Source of the DNA: Opitutia bacterium
GTDB lineage: Bacteria; Verrucomicrobiota; Verrucomicrobiia; Opitutales; Opitutaceae
Reading direction: 5' to 3'
Assembly: GCA_947478395.1 (NCBI GenBank)
Contig: CANJVR010000007.1
Span: forward strand, 1 to 64,000
Length of the DNA: 64,000 nt
Part shown: positions 20,330-30,785 of the stretch, piece by piece
How the letters are laid out: each line of letters begins with the position of its first letter
How positions within the stretch are numbered: the first letter of the stretch is position 1
Position numbers and translations under genes: made by a program
The notes under the pieces: model-generated
What the model was told of the DNA's origin: nothing
The model's input: the letters and a program-made list of their open reading frames with translations, nothing else
The model's database searches: none

Positions 20330-21898
20330 TTACGGCGCCGGCGAAATCTCCAGCCGTGGAATTAGCGCGGCGATCAGGGCGTGGATTTCCGGATGCACGA
20401 AGGGCGAATTCATCAACGTGGTGCTGACTGTGCGGGCCGACACCAATTCGCCCACGCGCCACAAGGCGATCGCCAGCGCGGCGCCGACCTGGTCCTGGCG
20501 GCCGGGCGGGCGAATATTGCGAAAATGCTCGAGGATCGCCTCGACGTCTTGGCGGTCGCAGTGGGGCGCGAGTGCGCTGTTCCAGGCGAGCACTTCGCGG
20601 GCTTCATTAAAGTTCGGTTCCAGCTTGAGCGCCCGACGGGCCCAAGCGTTGAGCTCGTCGATTTCAGACGCCTTCAATCGCGTGTCGGGCGAAACCGCGG
20701 ACATGATCTCGCTCAACCGCAACCGCGCGGCGGTGGCGAAAGCGGCCGGATTTTCGGGATTGGTCGCGAGGAATTCACGCAATTGCTCGAGGGCCGGACC
20801 CAGTCGGTTTTTGTCGAGACAGGCGGAAATCAAGAGCCCGCGGAGCGAGGGGGTCCTCAATCCGTGCGCCAAAATGTAGTCGAGCGCCTGTTCGCTCGCG
20901 GGGGTGGATTGGTTGAGAATCTGCACGAGCACGAAAAGATCGCGCATCTCGCGCGTGCGTAGATCGAGGGGCTCTGGCTCGCCGCCGAGTTGCTCGTCCG
21001 TGAAATGAAAGACGGTGGTATTGGAGGACGTGCGGGCGAGGTGCGCCTCCATCGTTGCCTGCCACTGCTTCCAGTCTTGGCCGATGTCGGCTTTGAAGTC
21101 CTCGGACGTTGGCACGTAATCGCGCTTGAACCGGGTCCGCCAAAGATTCAAGCGCGACAGCCAGACGGGATCTTTTTCCGTGAAGAAAAAGTGGAGGAAA
21201 GCGGCGCTCTGTCCGTCGTAGCGCCCGATCAGGTTCTCTCTGAAAAACTCCGGCGATTTGACGGTAACTTGAAAAAATGTCCCCCAGGCGAGCCAGCCGC
21301 GCCGCGTCACCTCCCGCGTTCGGTTTTGGTTGAGGTCGCCGAGGGTCAAGTCCGTGCCCTTGAGGTTTGCTGTTTCAAAAAACGTCCCGATGCCGCGGGT
21401 AAACCACAGGGGACCGCCGAGCCCGAGCAGCGGAAGATGGGACGTGGCGAGCGCGCCCTGCAGGATGCCCAAGCCGTGATCCTGCCAGTCGTATTGGGCG
21501 ACGCCCAGCGTGGCCAGCGGCTGGCCGCAAGTGGAGACGGCGACCGGCCACTCGACGTTGGCGGTCGACTGCAATTTTTTCCAAACCGAGCTGGCCGTGG
21601 GCAGCACGATCACGCACGGCGGCGCGGATAAAAACTCGCGGCCCAGAAATTTAGCCTCGGCCAGCCTCTGGCCCTCGAGCCGACGGAGTACGCCCTGGGC
21701 TTCGCGGACGCTCGCGTCGGTGTAGAGCAGATAATGCGGTGAACTAAGTTTGATCCAGTGCTCGAACTCCGAGGTGAGGCTCGCGACTTCGAAGGCGGGC
21801 ATCACGGTGACTTTGTCGGGCTGGTCCGCGGTGACGGCGGCAACCGCAGATGTCCGTAACAGCGTGGCGGCCAGAATAAGGGGTATCCATCGCATCAC
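20330..21898 (-). CDS. Secreted hypothetical protein, DUF1570/zincin-like N-terminus with helical (TPR-like) C-terminus
   Basis: Signal peptide; WIKLSSPHYLLYTD, PLWFTRGIGTFFE. Confidence 0.6.
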   Translation of the reverse strand: MMRWIPLILAATLLRTSAVAAVTADQPDKVTVMPAFEVASLTSEFEHWIKLSSPHYLLYTDASVREAQGVLRRLEGQRLAEAKFLGREFLSAPPCVIVLPTASSVWKKLQSTANVEWPVAVSTCGQPLATLGVAQYDWQDHGLGILQGALATSHLPLLGLGGPLWFTRGIGTFFETANLKGTDLTLGDLNQNRTREVTRRGWLAWGTFFQVTVKSPEFFRENLIGRYDGQSAAFLHFFFTEKDPVWLSRLNLWRTRFKRDYVPTSEDFKADIGQDWKQWQATMEAHLARTSSNTTVFHFTDEQLGGEPEPLDLRTREMRDLFVLVQILNQSTPASEQALDYILAHGLRTPSLRGLLISACLDKNRLGPALEQLREFLATNPENPAAFATAARLRLSEIMSAVSPDTRLKASEIDELNAWARRALKLEPNFNEAREVLAWNSALAPHCDRQDVEAILEHFRNIRPPGRQDQVGAALAIALWRVGELVSARTVSTTLMNSPFVHPEIHALIAALIPRLEISPAP

Positions 21899-22084
21899 CT
21901 CGACCGTGGTCTCGATTTATCACGGGGCAACCCAGCAATCGACGGCGCCCGGCCAGCGCGTATCTGAATAATCCGGCGCCCGTCGGTCAGCGCACTCGCG
22001 CGCGGAGCGACGGGTGAGGGCCCGGGGCCTCCATTATAGGCGAATCGCCCTGCAAATTGAGGCGGGGTGTCCTCGCCCCGCGGT

Positions 22085-23677
22085 TCAACCGATCACTAAA
22101 CTCTCGCCGGTCATTTCGGCGGGTTTCGGCAGACCCATCAGCGCGAGGATGGTCGGCGCGATGTCGGCGAGACGGCCGCCGGTGCGCATCTTGGTTTTGC
22201 CCGCGACGAGCCCGTCGCCGATTGCGAACACTTCGACGAGATTCAGCGTGTGCGAGGTGTGCGGTGAATTGTGAATCGGGTCCCACATCTGCTCGCAATT
22301 GCCGTGGTCGGCGCACACGACGGCTTTGCCGCCCACTTGGGCGATCGCCGCCAGCAATTCGCCCACGCCGGCATCGGTCGCCTCGACGGCCTTGATCGCC
22401 GCGGGCAACGATCCCGTGTGCCCGACCATGTCGGGATTAGCATAGTTCACCGCGACAAAACCGTACTTGCCTGAAAGTATCGCCGCCTTCGCCGCGGCGG
22501 TCACGGCGGTCGCCGACATCTCCGGCTGCATATCGTAGGTCGGCACCTTCGGGCTCGGCGGACACGCGCGATCTTCACCGGGAAACGGTTCGCCGCGGTA
22601 GTTGTTGAAGAAAAAAGTCACGTGCGGATTTTTCTCCGTCTCCGCGCAGCGGAACTGCCCGAGACCGGCGTTGCTCACCACTTCGCCGAGGATGTTTTTC
22701 AACCGCTCGGGTTTGCCGGAGATGATGTGCACGGGCAGGCCTTCCTCGTACTCGGTCATCGTCGCATAGTAGAGATCGAGCTTCGCGCCGCGGTCGAATT
22801 CCTTGAAACCATCGAGGACAAACGCCTTCGTGATTTCGCGGGGTCGGTCGCCGCGATAATTGTAGAAGAGGACGGCGTCGCCGTTCGCGAATGTGGCGAC
22901 GGGCTTGCCGTCCGCGTCCACGATCCACGTCGCCGGCACAAATTCGTCGCCCTTCTGGGTCTCGCTGAGCGGATGATCGTAGTAATTTTGAATCGCTTGC
23001 TGCGCGTTCGTGGCCGTCGCGACCGCCGCGCGGCCGGTCAGCATATCGTAGGCTTTTTTCACGCGTTCCCAGCGGTTGTCGCGGTCCATCGCCCAGAAAC
23101 GCCCGCAGACCGTGGCGATTTTCCCGACGCCGATCTTCGCGCACTCGGCCTCGACCTGCTTGATGTAGGTTAACGCGCTGGTCGGCGGCGTGTCGCGGCC
23201 GTCGGTGAAGCCATGGATGAAAACTTTATTGGGGCCCAAGCCGTCGGCCTGCGCCTGACGCAGAATGCCGTACAGGTGTTCGAGCATGCCGTGGACGCCT
23301 CCGTCGGACACGATGCCCATGAGATGAAGTTTGGCGGTGGGCGTGGCTTTGAGGCGGGCGAGGATGGCGAGCCACACCGGATTGCGCGCGAGTTGCTTTT
23401 CGGAAAACAGTTTATTGAGCCGCACGAGCTCCTGGTCGACGACGCGGCCGGCGCCGATGTTTTCGTGCCCGACCTCGCTGTTGCCCATCTGGCCGTCGGG
23501 TAGCCCGACATCGAGACCGCTGGCCGAGATGAGCGTGTGCGGATATTTCGCCTGCAAGCCTTCGTCGCAGGCCTTCTTCGCGAGGTAGACGGCGTTGCAG
23601 GAATTTTGCTCAGGACGGGGATTCTTGCCCCAACCATCGCGGATCACGAGCAACACGGGCGGACGGAAATTTTTCAT
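22085..23677 (-). CDS. gpmI: 2,3-bisphosphoglycerate-independent phosphoglycerate mutase
   Basis: GLPDGQMGNSEVGHENIGAGR, SDGGVH, TDGRDT, AMDRDNRW, NPDMVGHTG, ADHGNCE. Confidence 0.97.
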   Translation of the reverse strand: MKNFRPPVLLVIRDGWGKNPRPEQNSCNAVYLAKKACDEGLQAKYPHTLISASGLDVGLPDGQMGNSEVGHENIGAGRVVDQELVRLNKLFSEKQLARNPVWLAILARLKATPTAKLHLMGIVSDGGVHGMLEHLYGILRQAQADGLGPNKVFIHGFTDGRDTPPTSALTYIKQVEAECAKIGVGKIATVCGRFWAMDRDNRWERVKKAYDMLTGRAAVATATNAQQAIQNYYDHPLSETQKGDEFVPATWIVDADGKPVATFANGDAVLFYNYRGDRPREITKAFVLDGFKEFDRGAKLDLYYATMTEYEEGLPVHIISGKPERLKNILGEVVSNAGLGQFRCAETEKNPHVTFFFNNYRGEPFPGEDRACPPSPKVPTYDMQPEMSATAVTAAAKAAILSGKYGFVAVNYANPDMVGHTGSLPAAIKAVEATDAGVGELLAAIAQVGGKAVVCADHGNCEQMWDPIHNSPHTSHTLNLVEVFAIGDGLVAGKTKMRTGGRLADIAPTILALMGLPKPAEMTGESLVIG

Positions 23678-23932
23678 AGAAATGGTTCCGCCAATGACAC
23701 AGATGAGCCCCCGGATAACAAGCCGCGGTTTGCCTTAACGACTCCATTCCTTGTCGGCGACAATGGCACCGGATTGGTGGCCTAAAAAAGGCGGGATGAA
23801 GACTAGGCCGCAGGAGAAAAAATATTTGGGCCTCCTCGGGGCCAACCCGGCGGAAGTTTCCGCGTGGGCGAGAGCTCGATCGCTCGTTCAGTTCTTCGTT
23901 GCTTTGCCGTTCAACAAAATCGGAGAGAACTA

Positions 23933-24940
23933 TTAAGCAGGAAAAGAGCGAAGGGCGGAGGCGGGAGGCATAACATGAAACGAAGATTCCCTGGGCCAAT
24001 TCGGCTCCGGCAGCATTTTTTCCCAGCGGGCGTTTTCGATGTCGATGTTGACGACTATGCCCACGAGCGCGGCGGTCGGCGGATCGCGCCGAAGGTGGAG
24101 CGCGTGGAAAAACGCCTGACGCGCGACCGTCTGATCCGGGAAGTCGCGGGGATCGCGCAGAAATGTTGCAAGATGGTGGCGGCACCAGGCGCGGGCTCCG
24201 AGGGGAACGAGCGTCTCGCGCCAGTGTTGCACGAGGCGGCGGGTGTTGGCTTCGTCGCGAAGCTTGCGGCCCGGAGACGAACTCACGTGATGCAAGACAA
24301 TGCTGTGGTTCGCGACGGCGTTGACGAAGCCCGCGGCGCGGGCGCGGAGACATAAGTCGACGTCTTCGCACCCGTTCACGAAGGCTTCGTCAAACCCGCC
24401 GAGCTGGGTCCAAAGTTCGCGGCGGACCAAGACACACGCGCCGGTGACGGCGACCACCTCTTGGCGTGAAAATCGCAGGAGGCGGGAGAAAATCGATCGC
24501 TGGCGGATGTGTTCGGGTTTGCCTTGGTGGTTGATGGCGATTCCCGCGTGATCGAGGGCACGCGTGGCAACGTCGCTTTGGAGATTGCCGACCAATCCGG
24601 CGCTCGCCCCGAGCGCGCGATGAACCGCGAGCATGGGCTCCAGCCAGCGGGGGGTGAGCAGAAGGTCGTTGTTCAGCAGGACGAGGAGTTCACCGGTGGC
24701 GAGGGCGGCGCCGTGATTGTTGGCGGCGGCGTAGCCGAGATTACGTTCGTGGAGTACAATGCGGATCGACGGATCGCCGCGCAGCGTTTCCAACCAGGCC
24801 CGCGTGCCGTCGGTGCTGCCGTCGTCGACGAAAATAATTTCCGACGCGAGACCGGCTGGCAGCGTGGCGCGCAGCGAGGCCAGCATCGCTTGCGTCAGAG
24901 GCAGACAGTTGAAGAGGGGGATGATGAAGCTGACCGACAC
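23933..24940 (-). CDS. Glycosyltransferase family 2 (rhamnosyltransferase-like)
   Basis: VSFIIPLFN, VDDGSTDGT, LLNND, AVTGAC, GFDEAFVNGCEDVDLC; GTG start. Confidence 0.9.
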   Translation of the reverse strand: MSVSFIIPLFNCLPLTQAMLASLRATLPAGLASEIIFVDDGSTDGTRAWLETLRGDPSIRIVLHERNLGYAAANNHGAALATGELLVLLNNDLLLTPRWLEPMLAVHRALGASAGLVGNLQSDVATRALDHAGIAINHQGKPEHIRQRSIFSRLLRFSRQEVVAVTGACVLVRRELWTQLGGFDEAFVNGCEDVDLCLRARAAGFVNAVANHSIVLHHVSSSPGRKLRDEANTRRLVQHWRETLVPLGARAWCRHHLATFLRDPRDFPDQTVARQAFFHALHLRRDPPTAALVGIVVNIDIENARWEKMLPEPNWPRESSFHVMPPASALRSFPA

Positions 24941-25020
24941 GGGCAACAGTTGAACTACGAAGAAGCGAAGAACGAAAGCCCAGAGGGGCGAATGAAAAGG
25001 GTCTGTTATCGTGAGACCTT

Positions 25021-25080
25021 TGGGAGCGCGGCCGCCTCCGGCCGCTTTACGAAAATGCGGCCGAGGGCGGCCGCGCTCCA
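25021..25080. repeat. REP-like palindrome GGAGCGCGGCCGCC...GGCGGCCGCGCTCC
   Basis: Long imperfect hairpin in the GT2-rmlA gap. Confidence 0.7.
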
Positions 25081-25206
25081 AAGCGGGGTCAGGGCACCCC
25101 AGCGCCGTCGATCAGCCCGCGTGCTCGGAACGACAAACAAGAAACTCCATTGATACGCCCTCTGGGCTGAATCGGGTTCTTTGTTTCTTCGCAGGTTACC
25201 TCGCCG

Positions 25207-26073
25207 TCAAATCAGCTTTTTCAGGTAGGCGCCGTAGTTCGATTTGCCGAGTCTCGCGATTGAGGCTTCGAGGCCGGCGCGGCTGAGCCAACCTTGACGG
25301 AAGGCGATTTCCTCGAGGCACGCGATTTTCAGACCCTGGCGGTTTTCAATCACGGAAACGAATTGCGCGGCTTCGAGCAACGAGTCGTGCGTGCCGGTGT
25401 CGAGCCATGCGGTGCCGCGTCCGAGCAGTTCCACGCGCAGGGCGCCGCGTTCGAGGTAAAGGCGATTGAGGTCGGTGATCTCCAGTTCGCCGCGCTTTGA
25501 CGGTTTGAGTGAGCGAGCTAGGGCCACAACCTGATCGTCGTAGAAGTAGAGACCCGGCACGGCGTAGTTGGATTTCGGCGCGGCGGGTTTTTCCTCGAGG
25601 GATAGCACGCGGCCGTCGGGAGCAAATTCGACGACGCCGTAGGCTTTCGGTTCCGCGACGTGATATCCAAAAATCGTCGCGCCGCTGGGGCGCGCGCTGG
25701 CGGCTAGCACGGAGCTCGCAAAATCGTGGCCGTAAAAAAGATTGTCGCCGAGCACCAGGGCCGAGGGCGCGCCGGCGAGGAAATCGGCGCCGATGAGAAA
25801 CGCCTGCGCGAGACCGTCCGGGCTAGGCTGCTCGGCGTAGCTGAGTGTCACGCCGAATTGCGAACCATCACCGAGCAGACGGCGGAAAAGCGGGAGATCG
25901 GTCGGCGTGGAGATAACGAGGATTTCCCGGATGCCCGCGAGCATAAGCACGGACAGCGGGTAATAGATCATCGGCTTGTCGTAAACCGGCATCAGCTGTT
26001 TGCTGACGGCGATCGTGAGCGGGAACAGACGTGTGCCGGAGCCGCCGGCGAGAATGATGCCTTTGCGTTGCAT
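25207..26073 (-). CDS. rfbA: Glucose-1-phosphate thymidylyltransferase
   Basis: [51 protein letters not shown] (RmlA). Confidence 0.97.
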   Translation of the reverse strand: MQRKGIILAGGSGTRLFPLTIAVSKQLMPVYDKPMIYYPLSVLMLAGIREILVISTPTDLPLFRRLLGDGSQFGVTLSYAEQPSPDGLAQAFLIGADFLAGAPSALVLGDNLFYGHDFASSVLAASARPSGATIFGYHVAEPKAYGVVEFAPDGRVLSLEEKPAAPKSNYAVPGLYFYDDQVVALARSLKPSKRGELEITDLNRLYLERGALRVELLGRGTAWLDTGTHDSLLEAAQFVSVIENRQGLKIACLEEIAFRQGWLSRAGLEASIARLGKSNYGAYLKKLI

Positions 26074-26171
26074 GGATAAAAAAGGTAGGGGGAGCGGCGG
26101 AGAAAAAAGAAACGAAGGGGAACCGGGGTGGGAGGTAACTTGGCCTACGAGGTTTCTTAGCAGTTCAAAAA

Positions 26172-27239
26172 TCAGATCTTCGTGCCTAAACGTTCGCGGG
26201 CATATGTCCCCGAGGTGATCGCCGCGGCCCAACTCCGGTGACTGAGATACCAGTCCACGGTTTTCTCGATGCCGGTGTCGAAATTTTCCTTCGGCTGCCA
26301 GCCGAGCTCTTGCCGGATTTTGGCGCTGTCGATGGCGTAACGCCGGTCGTGGCCGGGACGGTCGGCGACGTACGTGATTTGCGCCACGTAAGGCTTTCCG
26401 TCGGCGCGCGGGGACTTTTTATCGAGCAACGCGCAGATGCGGTGCACGATTTCCAAATTCGGCCGCTCGTTGAGTCCACCGACGTTGTACGTTTCGCCGA
26501 CGCGGCCTTGGGTGAGGACGAGCCAGATCGCCGACGCGTGGTCTTCGACGTAAAGCCAGTCGCGGATCTGCTGGCCGTCACCGTAAACGGGCAGCGGTTT
26601 GCCCTCGAGCGCGTTGAGAATCATCAGCGGAATCAACTTCTCCGGGAAATGGTACGGCCCGTAATTGTTGGAGCAGTTGGTCGTGAGCGTCGGGAGTTTG
26701 TAGGTGTGCTGGAACGAGCGCACGAGATGGTCGCTCGAAGCCTTCGACGCGGCGTACGGCGAGTTGGGCTCATACGGGCATTCCTCGTTCCAGGGCGCGT
26801 CGCCTGCGGCGAGCGTGCCGTAGACTTCATCGGTCGAAACGTGGAGAAAACGGAACGCAGATTTTTTGGGCTCGGTGAGTTTTGACCAATGCTGGCGGAC
26901 GCAGTTGAGCAGGCGCAGCGTGCCGACGACGTTTGTCTGGATGAACGGCTCGGGTGAATCGATCGAGCGGTCGACATGCGATTCCGCGGCGAAATTGGCC
27001 ACCGCGTCGATGGCGTGTTCGGCGAGCAGTTTTGCGACCAGGGCGGGGTCGCCGATATCGCCGTGAACGAAAACGTAGCGCGGGTCGCCCGCGAGATCCG
27101 CGAGGTTGGCCGGATTGCCGGCGTAGGTGAGCGCGTCGAGATTAACGAGTTTCTTCAGCGGGGAATTTTTTTCCAGCAGGCGCTGGCGAATGAAATTGGA
27201 GCCGATGAAGCCGGCGCCGCCGGTGACGAGGAGGTTCAT
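26172..27239 (-). CDS. rfbB: dTDP-glucose 4,6-dehydratase
   Basis: [46 protein letters not shown] (RmlB). Confidence 0.97.
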   Translation of the reverse strand: MNLLVTGGAGFIGSNFIRQRLLEKNSPLKKLVNLDALTYAGNPANLADLAGDPRYVFVHGDIGDPALVAKLLAEHAIDAVANFAAESHVDRSIDSPEPFIQTNVVGTLRLLNCVRQHWSKLTEPKKSAFRFLHVSTDEVYGTLAAGDAPWNEECPYEPNSPYAASKASSDHLVRSFQHTYKLPTLTTNCSNNYGPYHFPEKLIPLMILNALEGKPLPVYGDGQQIRDWLYVEDHASAIWLVLTQGRVGETYNVGGLNERPNLEIVHRICALLDKKSPRADGKPYVAQITYVADRPGHDRRYAIDSAKIRQELGWQPKENFDTGIEKTVDWYLSHRSWAAAITSGTYARERLGTKI

Positions 27240-27339
27240 GATTGGAACGGCGAAGAAACGAAGAAGTTGAGGTCGGAAATCACGGTTCGATTTTTTGGTT
27301 CCTTGCAGTTAAAAACGACCGCATGGAACTGCGAGGAAA

Positions 27340-27775
27340 CTAAGAATTTCGGAGGAGGGACGGATGAAGGAAACGATGCAATCCGTCTTTGAGCAGTGGC
27401 ACGGTGAAATTGATGAGGAGACCCAGCGGCAGGCGGGTGAGTTTGAGGTACGTGATAATCTGGGCCTTATGGACCGGCAGGACGAATTCGACTGCTTTGA
27501 GCTCGAGGAGCAAGGACTCGTTGACGATGAGGTCGGCCCGAAAGCCTGTTTCAAGCTGCAAGCTGTGGTAGTGCACCGGCACTGGGATTTTAGCCCTGAC
27601 GGATACGCCGCGGGAGGGCGAGCTCATGCGCGAAGCACGGTTAATAGACACTTTCGAGTCGGCCTGGTCCCAATTCCCGGTGGACTGCGATGGCTCCATC
27701 AACTGCAGCGGAGGCAAGCGTTTCGACCGCCGGGGTGAGTGGAATCTTCGGGTTCTTGGCTTCTTCGTAGTTCAA
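27340..27775 (-). pseudogene. GxxExxY family (PD-(D/E)XK-like) protein pseudogene
   Basis: Manual translation from TTG 27775: ..AIAVHRELGPGRLESVY*PCFAHELAL, then a +1 frameshift into RGVSVRAKIPVPVHY..FRADLIVNESLLLELKAV..HKAQIITYLKLT..GLLINF. Confidence 0.9.
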
Positions 27776-28641
27776 CTTCTCTTCCAGTTCTTCAGATCCC
27801 GTTCAATCGCCTCGTTCACTTCGGTCATCTGGATTCCAACTGACGCCAGTTTCGCGGAGCTCATCACGCAGTTTGACCGCGGCGTCTTCGCGGCGACTTG
27901 CATGAACTCATCCTCGTTCTTGAAGAAAACATAGTTCTTCGGACACACCCCGCTCTTCAAAATGTGATCGACCACCTGGTGGGTGGTTACTTGGCCGGGG
28001 TTGGTGACATTGTAGGTGCCGAAGGGCACGTGCTTTTCCCAGCAGGCAAACGTGGCGGCGACAAACTCGTGGAGCTGCGAGATCGAGTTGCTCGCTTCCA
28101 GCAGTCGCGTGTAACGCATCAGTTTTGTAAGGTAATTGCGCGGGCTTTCCCGGTGATCGAAGGGAATCCGCAGGCGCCAGATATAAACGTTCGGCGTGCC
28201 GGCGAGGGTTTCCTCCCCGAGCGCCTTCGTGCCGCTGTAGAAGGAGCAGTTGTTTTGGCGAAACGTGAAATTGGGGGCGTCGGCCTCGGTGAAGCCCGTG
28301 CCGTCCGCCCTCGCACCCGTGAAGATACAACCGGAGGAAACGTGGCCCCACGGCACGCCGGCCGCCGTGCAGGCTTGTGCGATGTGACCCGGGAGGACGG
28401 CGTTGCCGAAGAGGCAGTTTGCCTTGTCGAGTTCGCACGCGTCGACGTTCGGTTTGCCGGTGTAGCCCGCAGCGTTGATGAGAAACGCCGGTTTATCGGC
28501 CTTGAGTGCGGCGGTGAGTTTGACCGGATCGGTGTAATCGAGCTCGGCCCGGCGCAGGTTGCGGAAAGGAATACCCTTCTGCGCCAGAAGTTGTTGGTAG
28601 GCCTGACCCACATAGCCGGAACCGCCGAGGAGATAGATCAT
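27772..28641 (-). CDS. RmlD-like sugar-nucleotide reductase (SDR)
   Basis: LGGSGYVG, INAAGYTGKPNVDACE, HVSSGC, YSGTK, RLRIPF; position in the rml operon. Confidence 0.8.
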   Translation of the reverse strand: MIYLLGGSGYVGQAYQQLLAQKGIPFRNLRRAELDYTDPVKLTAALKADKPAFLINAAGYTGKPNVDACELDKANCLFGNAVLPGHIAQACTAAGVPWGHVSSGCIFTGARADGTGFTEADAPNFTFRQNNCSFYSGTKALGEETLAGTPNVYIWRLRIPFDHRESPRNYLTKLMRYTRLLEASNSISQLHEFVAATFACWEKHVPFGTYNVTNPGQVTTHQVVDHILKSGVCPKNYVFFKNEDEFMQVAAKTPRSNCVMSSAKLASVGIQMTEVNEAIERDLKNWKRS

Positions 28642-28700
28642 AAGGAAAGAATGGTCAGGAAATGGCGCGGCGCATCTTGGAACAAGGCTTTTTCCACCGA

Positions 28701-28731
28701 CAAAAAAGCCGCCGGTGGAGAACCGGCGGCT
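28701..28731 (-). terminator. Intrinsic terminator after alkaline phosphatase
   Basis: AGCCGCCGGT...ACCGGCGGCT stem followed by a U run on the minus strand. Confidence 0.75.
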
Positions 28732-28811
28732 GATGAGGGTCGCGTAGCGAGGTGCTTCCCCCTAGAGCGGTATAAAATTTCCCCTGCGGGCGGCTGCGCG
28801 CCCAAAAGAGC

Positions 28812-30785
28812 TCACCGCTCGGATAGCGTTGTCGACGTGCCCACGAGCAGCCCGCTCATCATTTTGAAAAACACATCCGTGTTATCCATCGTGCCCGTGA
28901 AAGCCACCGCGCCGCGGCCGTAAGCCGAGATGGGGATGTCCGAAGCGGTGTGCACCGCCGACGAACCGGGAACTTGTCCGGCGAGGAAGAAGCCGCCCGT
29001 GACGTCGCGCTGTGTCGGATCGTTGGGATAGCCGTTCAGCGGCGCCGTGTTGTTGAACGGCTGCTGGCTGTCACGGAGCGGACGCGGATAACTCAGCCAA
29101 TCTTCGTAGCGATCGGAGTTGGCCGCATAGCCGATGAGCAGTTTGCGGTTGGGATTCATCGTCGCGGGAAAACCGTCGGGCATGATGCCGTAGAGCGGGA
29201 AGCCCGCGAGATCGTAGGTGCCCACGACTTGATCGCGCAGGCCGGTCACGCCGCTGTTGGTGAGCGAGCGCTGGCCGAGGCTGTCGGCGGAAACAACGGA
29301 CGCGCCGATGATGTTGACGCCCGCGCATTCGTGGTCGGCCGTGACGACGACCAGCGTATCCGGATTCGCCGCGGCAAACGCCTTGGCGCGCCCGATCGCG
29401 CGGTCGAACTCGATGGTCTCAAGAATCCAGCGGTCGCTGTCCATATTGTGCGCCTGCTTGTCGATGCTCGCGCCTTCGACCATGAGCACGAAGCCGTTTG
29501 GATTTTTCGCCAACACGCTGAGCGCGGCCTGCGTCATCTCGTCCAGCATCGGCTGGTCGGGGAAGCCGTAATCGTTGACGACCGAGCCGGAACCGCGGCG
29601 TCCGTCGATCTTGTCCAGGGCCACGTTCATGTTCGAAAATGCATAGAGCCCGAGGAGCTTCGTCGTCGACGCAGGCAGAGCTTTTAACTGGGAGTTGTTG
29701 GCGGTGTAGGTGAAACCGGCCGTTTGGAAGTCGGCGAGGAGATCGCGATTTTTGTCGAGCGTGCCCTTGGCCACGCCCCAGCCGGCGACGAGTTCGTCGG
29801 GCAGCACATAGTCCGTCGCGTCCGCGCGGGCCGAGCCGGCGGTGGTCGAGGGCAGGAACCATTTCCGTCCGCCACCGAGGAGCACGGTGAGGTTGGCGGT
29901 CTTGGTGGCTTCATCCAGGTATTGATCGCAGATGCCGGTGCCGGCCCCGCGGTTCTGCGTGTGAATGCCCCAGGCGGCGGGCGTGGCGTCGAAGACATCC
30001 GCCGTGGTCACGATCCCGAGCGATTTACCCTGCGTGCGCGCGAGATATTCTCCGATCAGCTCGGTGCGCGGATTGTCGAAGTCGGCCGTGGTGTCGTCCG
30101 GAAAAACACCTTCCTGGTTGTTGTTGTTCTTATTACCCGACGAATAGCAGGAGGCGCCCGGGGCCGAGTCCGTGATGATCGAGTTCAACGAACACGTTTG
30201 CAAAAGGCCCGTGATGGGAAACGAGTCCATGGCGAGCGGCGCGAGGGCCTTGCCTTGCGAAACGCCGTTGAGCACGAGCCGCGCCGCGGTGCGGTGGGCG
30301 ATGCCCATGCCGTCCCCGATCATGAAGATGATGTTTTTGATTTTCGGTCCGGTCGCACTGCCCATTGAAACGACCTCGAAATTGCCGGAGGCGGCGGAGG
30401 ACACGCCCTTGTTGTCGGTCGTACGTACCGCGAAATTGTGCGTGCCGGGGGTCGGATTGCTATAGGCGCGCAACGTGGCCACGACGGTGTTCACAGGCAG
30501 GCCGGCGACGGTTGCTAGGACGAGCGTAACCGAGCCGGGGACGTCGGCGCCATCGACTACAAATTTTACGCCGACGATGAAGGAGCCGGCGTCGGGTTGG
30601 ATGGTCGCTTGGAAATCGAAACGCTGGTCGGGCAGGAAACGCGCGATCACCGGGGGATTCGGATCGCCGAAGGAAAAGAGGCCGCTCGGCGGAGTAAGCC
30701 GGGAGATCTTGGGGGCGGAAAACGCGGTGGTCGCGAGTACGCCGCAAAGCGCGGCGAACGGAAGAAGACGGGAGGTTAATTTCAT
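28812..30785 (-). CDS. Alkaline phosphatase (PhoA family) with extra N-terminal beta domain
   Basis: Signal peptide MKLTSRLL; IGDGMG, TDSAPG (catalytic Ser), DATPAA, EGASIDKQAH, TADHE, HTASD. Confidence 0.9.
   Translation of the reverse strand: MKLTSRLLPFAALCGVLATTAFSAPKISRLTPPSGLFSFGDPNPPVIARFLPDQRFDFQATIQPDAGSFIVGVKFVVDGADVPGSVTLVLATVAGLPVNTVVATLRAYSNPTPGTHNFAVRTTDNKGVSSAASGNFEVVSMGSATGPKIKNIIFMIGDGMGIAHRTAARLVLNGVSQGKALAPLAMDSFPITGLLQTCSLNSIITDSAPGASCYSSGNKNNNNQEGVFPDDTTADFDNPRTELIGEYLARTQGKSLGIVTTADVFDATPAAWGIHTQNRGAGTGICDQYLDEATKTANLTVLLGGGRKWFLPSTTAGSARADATDYVLPDELVAGWGVAKGTLDKNRDLLADFQTAGFTYTANNSQLKALPASTTKLLGLYAFSNMNVALDKIDGRRGSGSVVNDYGFPDQPMLDEMTQAALSVLAKNPNGFVLMVEGASIDKQAHNMDSDRWILETIEFDRAIGRAKAFAAANPDTLVVVTADHECAGVNIIGASVVSADSLGQRSLTNSGVTGLRDQVVGTYDLAGFPLYGIMPDGFPATMNPNRKLLIGYAANSDRYEDWLSYPRPLRDSQQPFNNTAPLNGYPNDPTQRDVTGGFFLAGQVPGSSAVHTASDIPISAYGRGAVAFTGTMDNTDVFFKMMSGLLVGTSTTLSER

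Larger units (their letters stand above)
24950..27775. repeat. Dispersed ~22-nt repeat family (TT)GAACTRCGAAGAARCNAAGAA, in inverted pairs in the rml operon gaps
   Basis: Copies at 24950-24973(+), 25128-25145(+, degenerate), 25176-25198(-), 26091-26117(+, degenerate), 26146-26168(-), 27245-27265(+), 27292-27312(-), 27326-27346(+), 27752-27775(-). Confidence 0.8.

Noticed and set aside
24940..28641. Missing rmlC as a novelty
   Set aside because: rmlC is often encoded elsewhere; absence from one window is not informative
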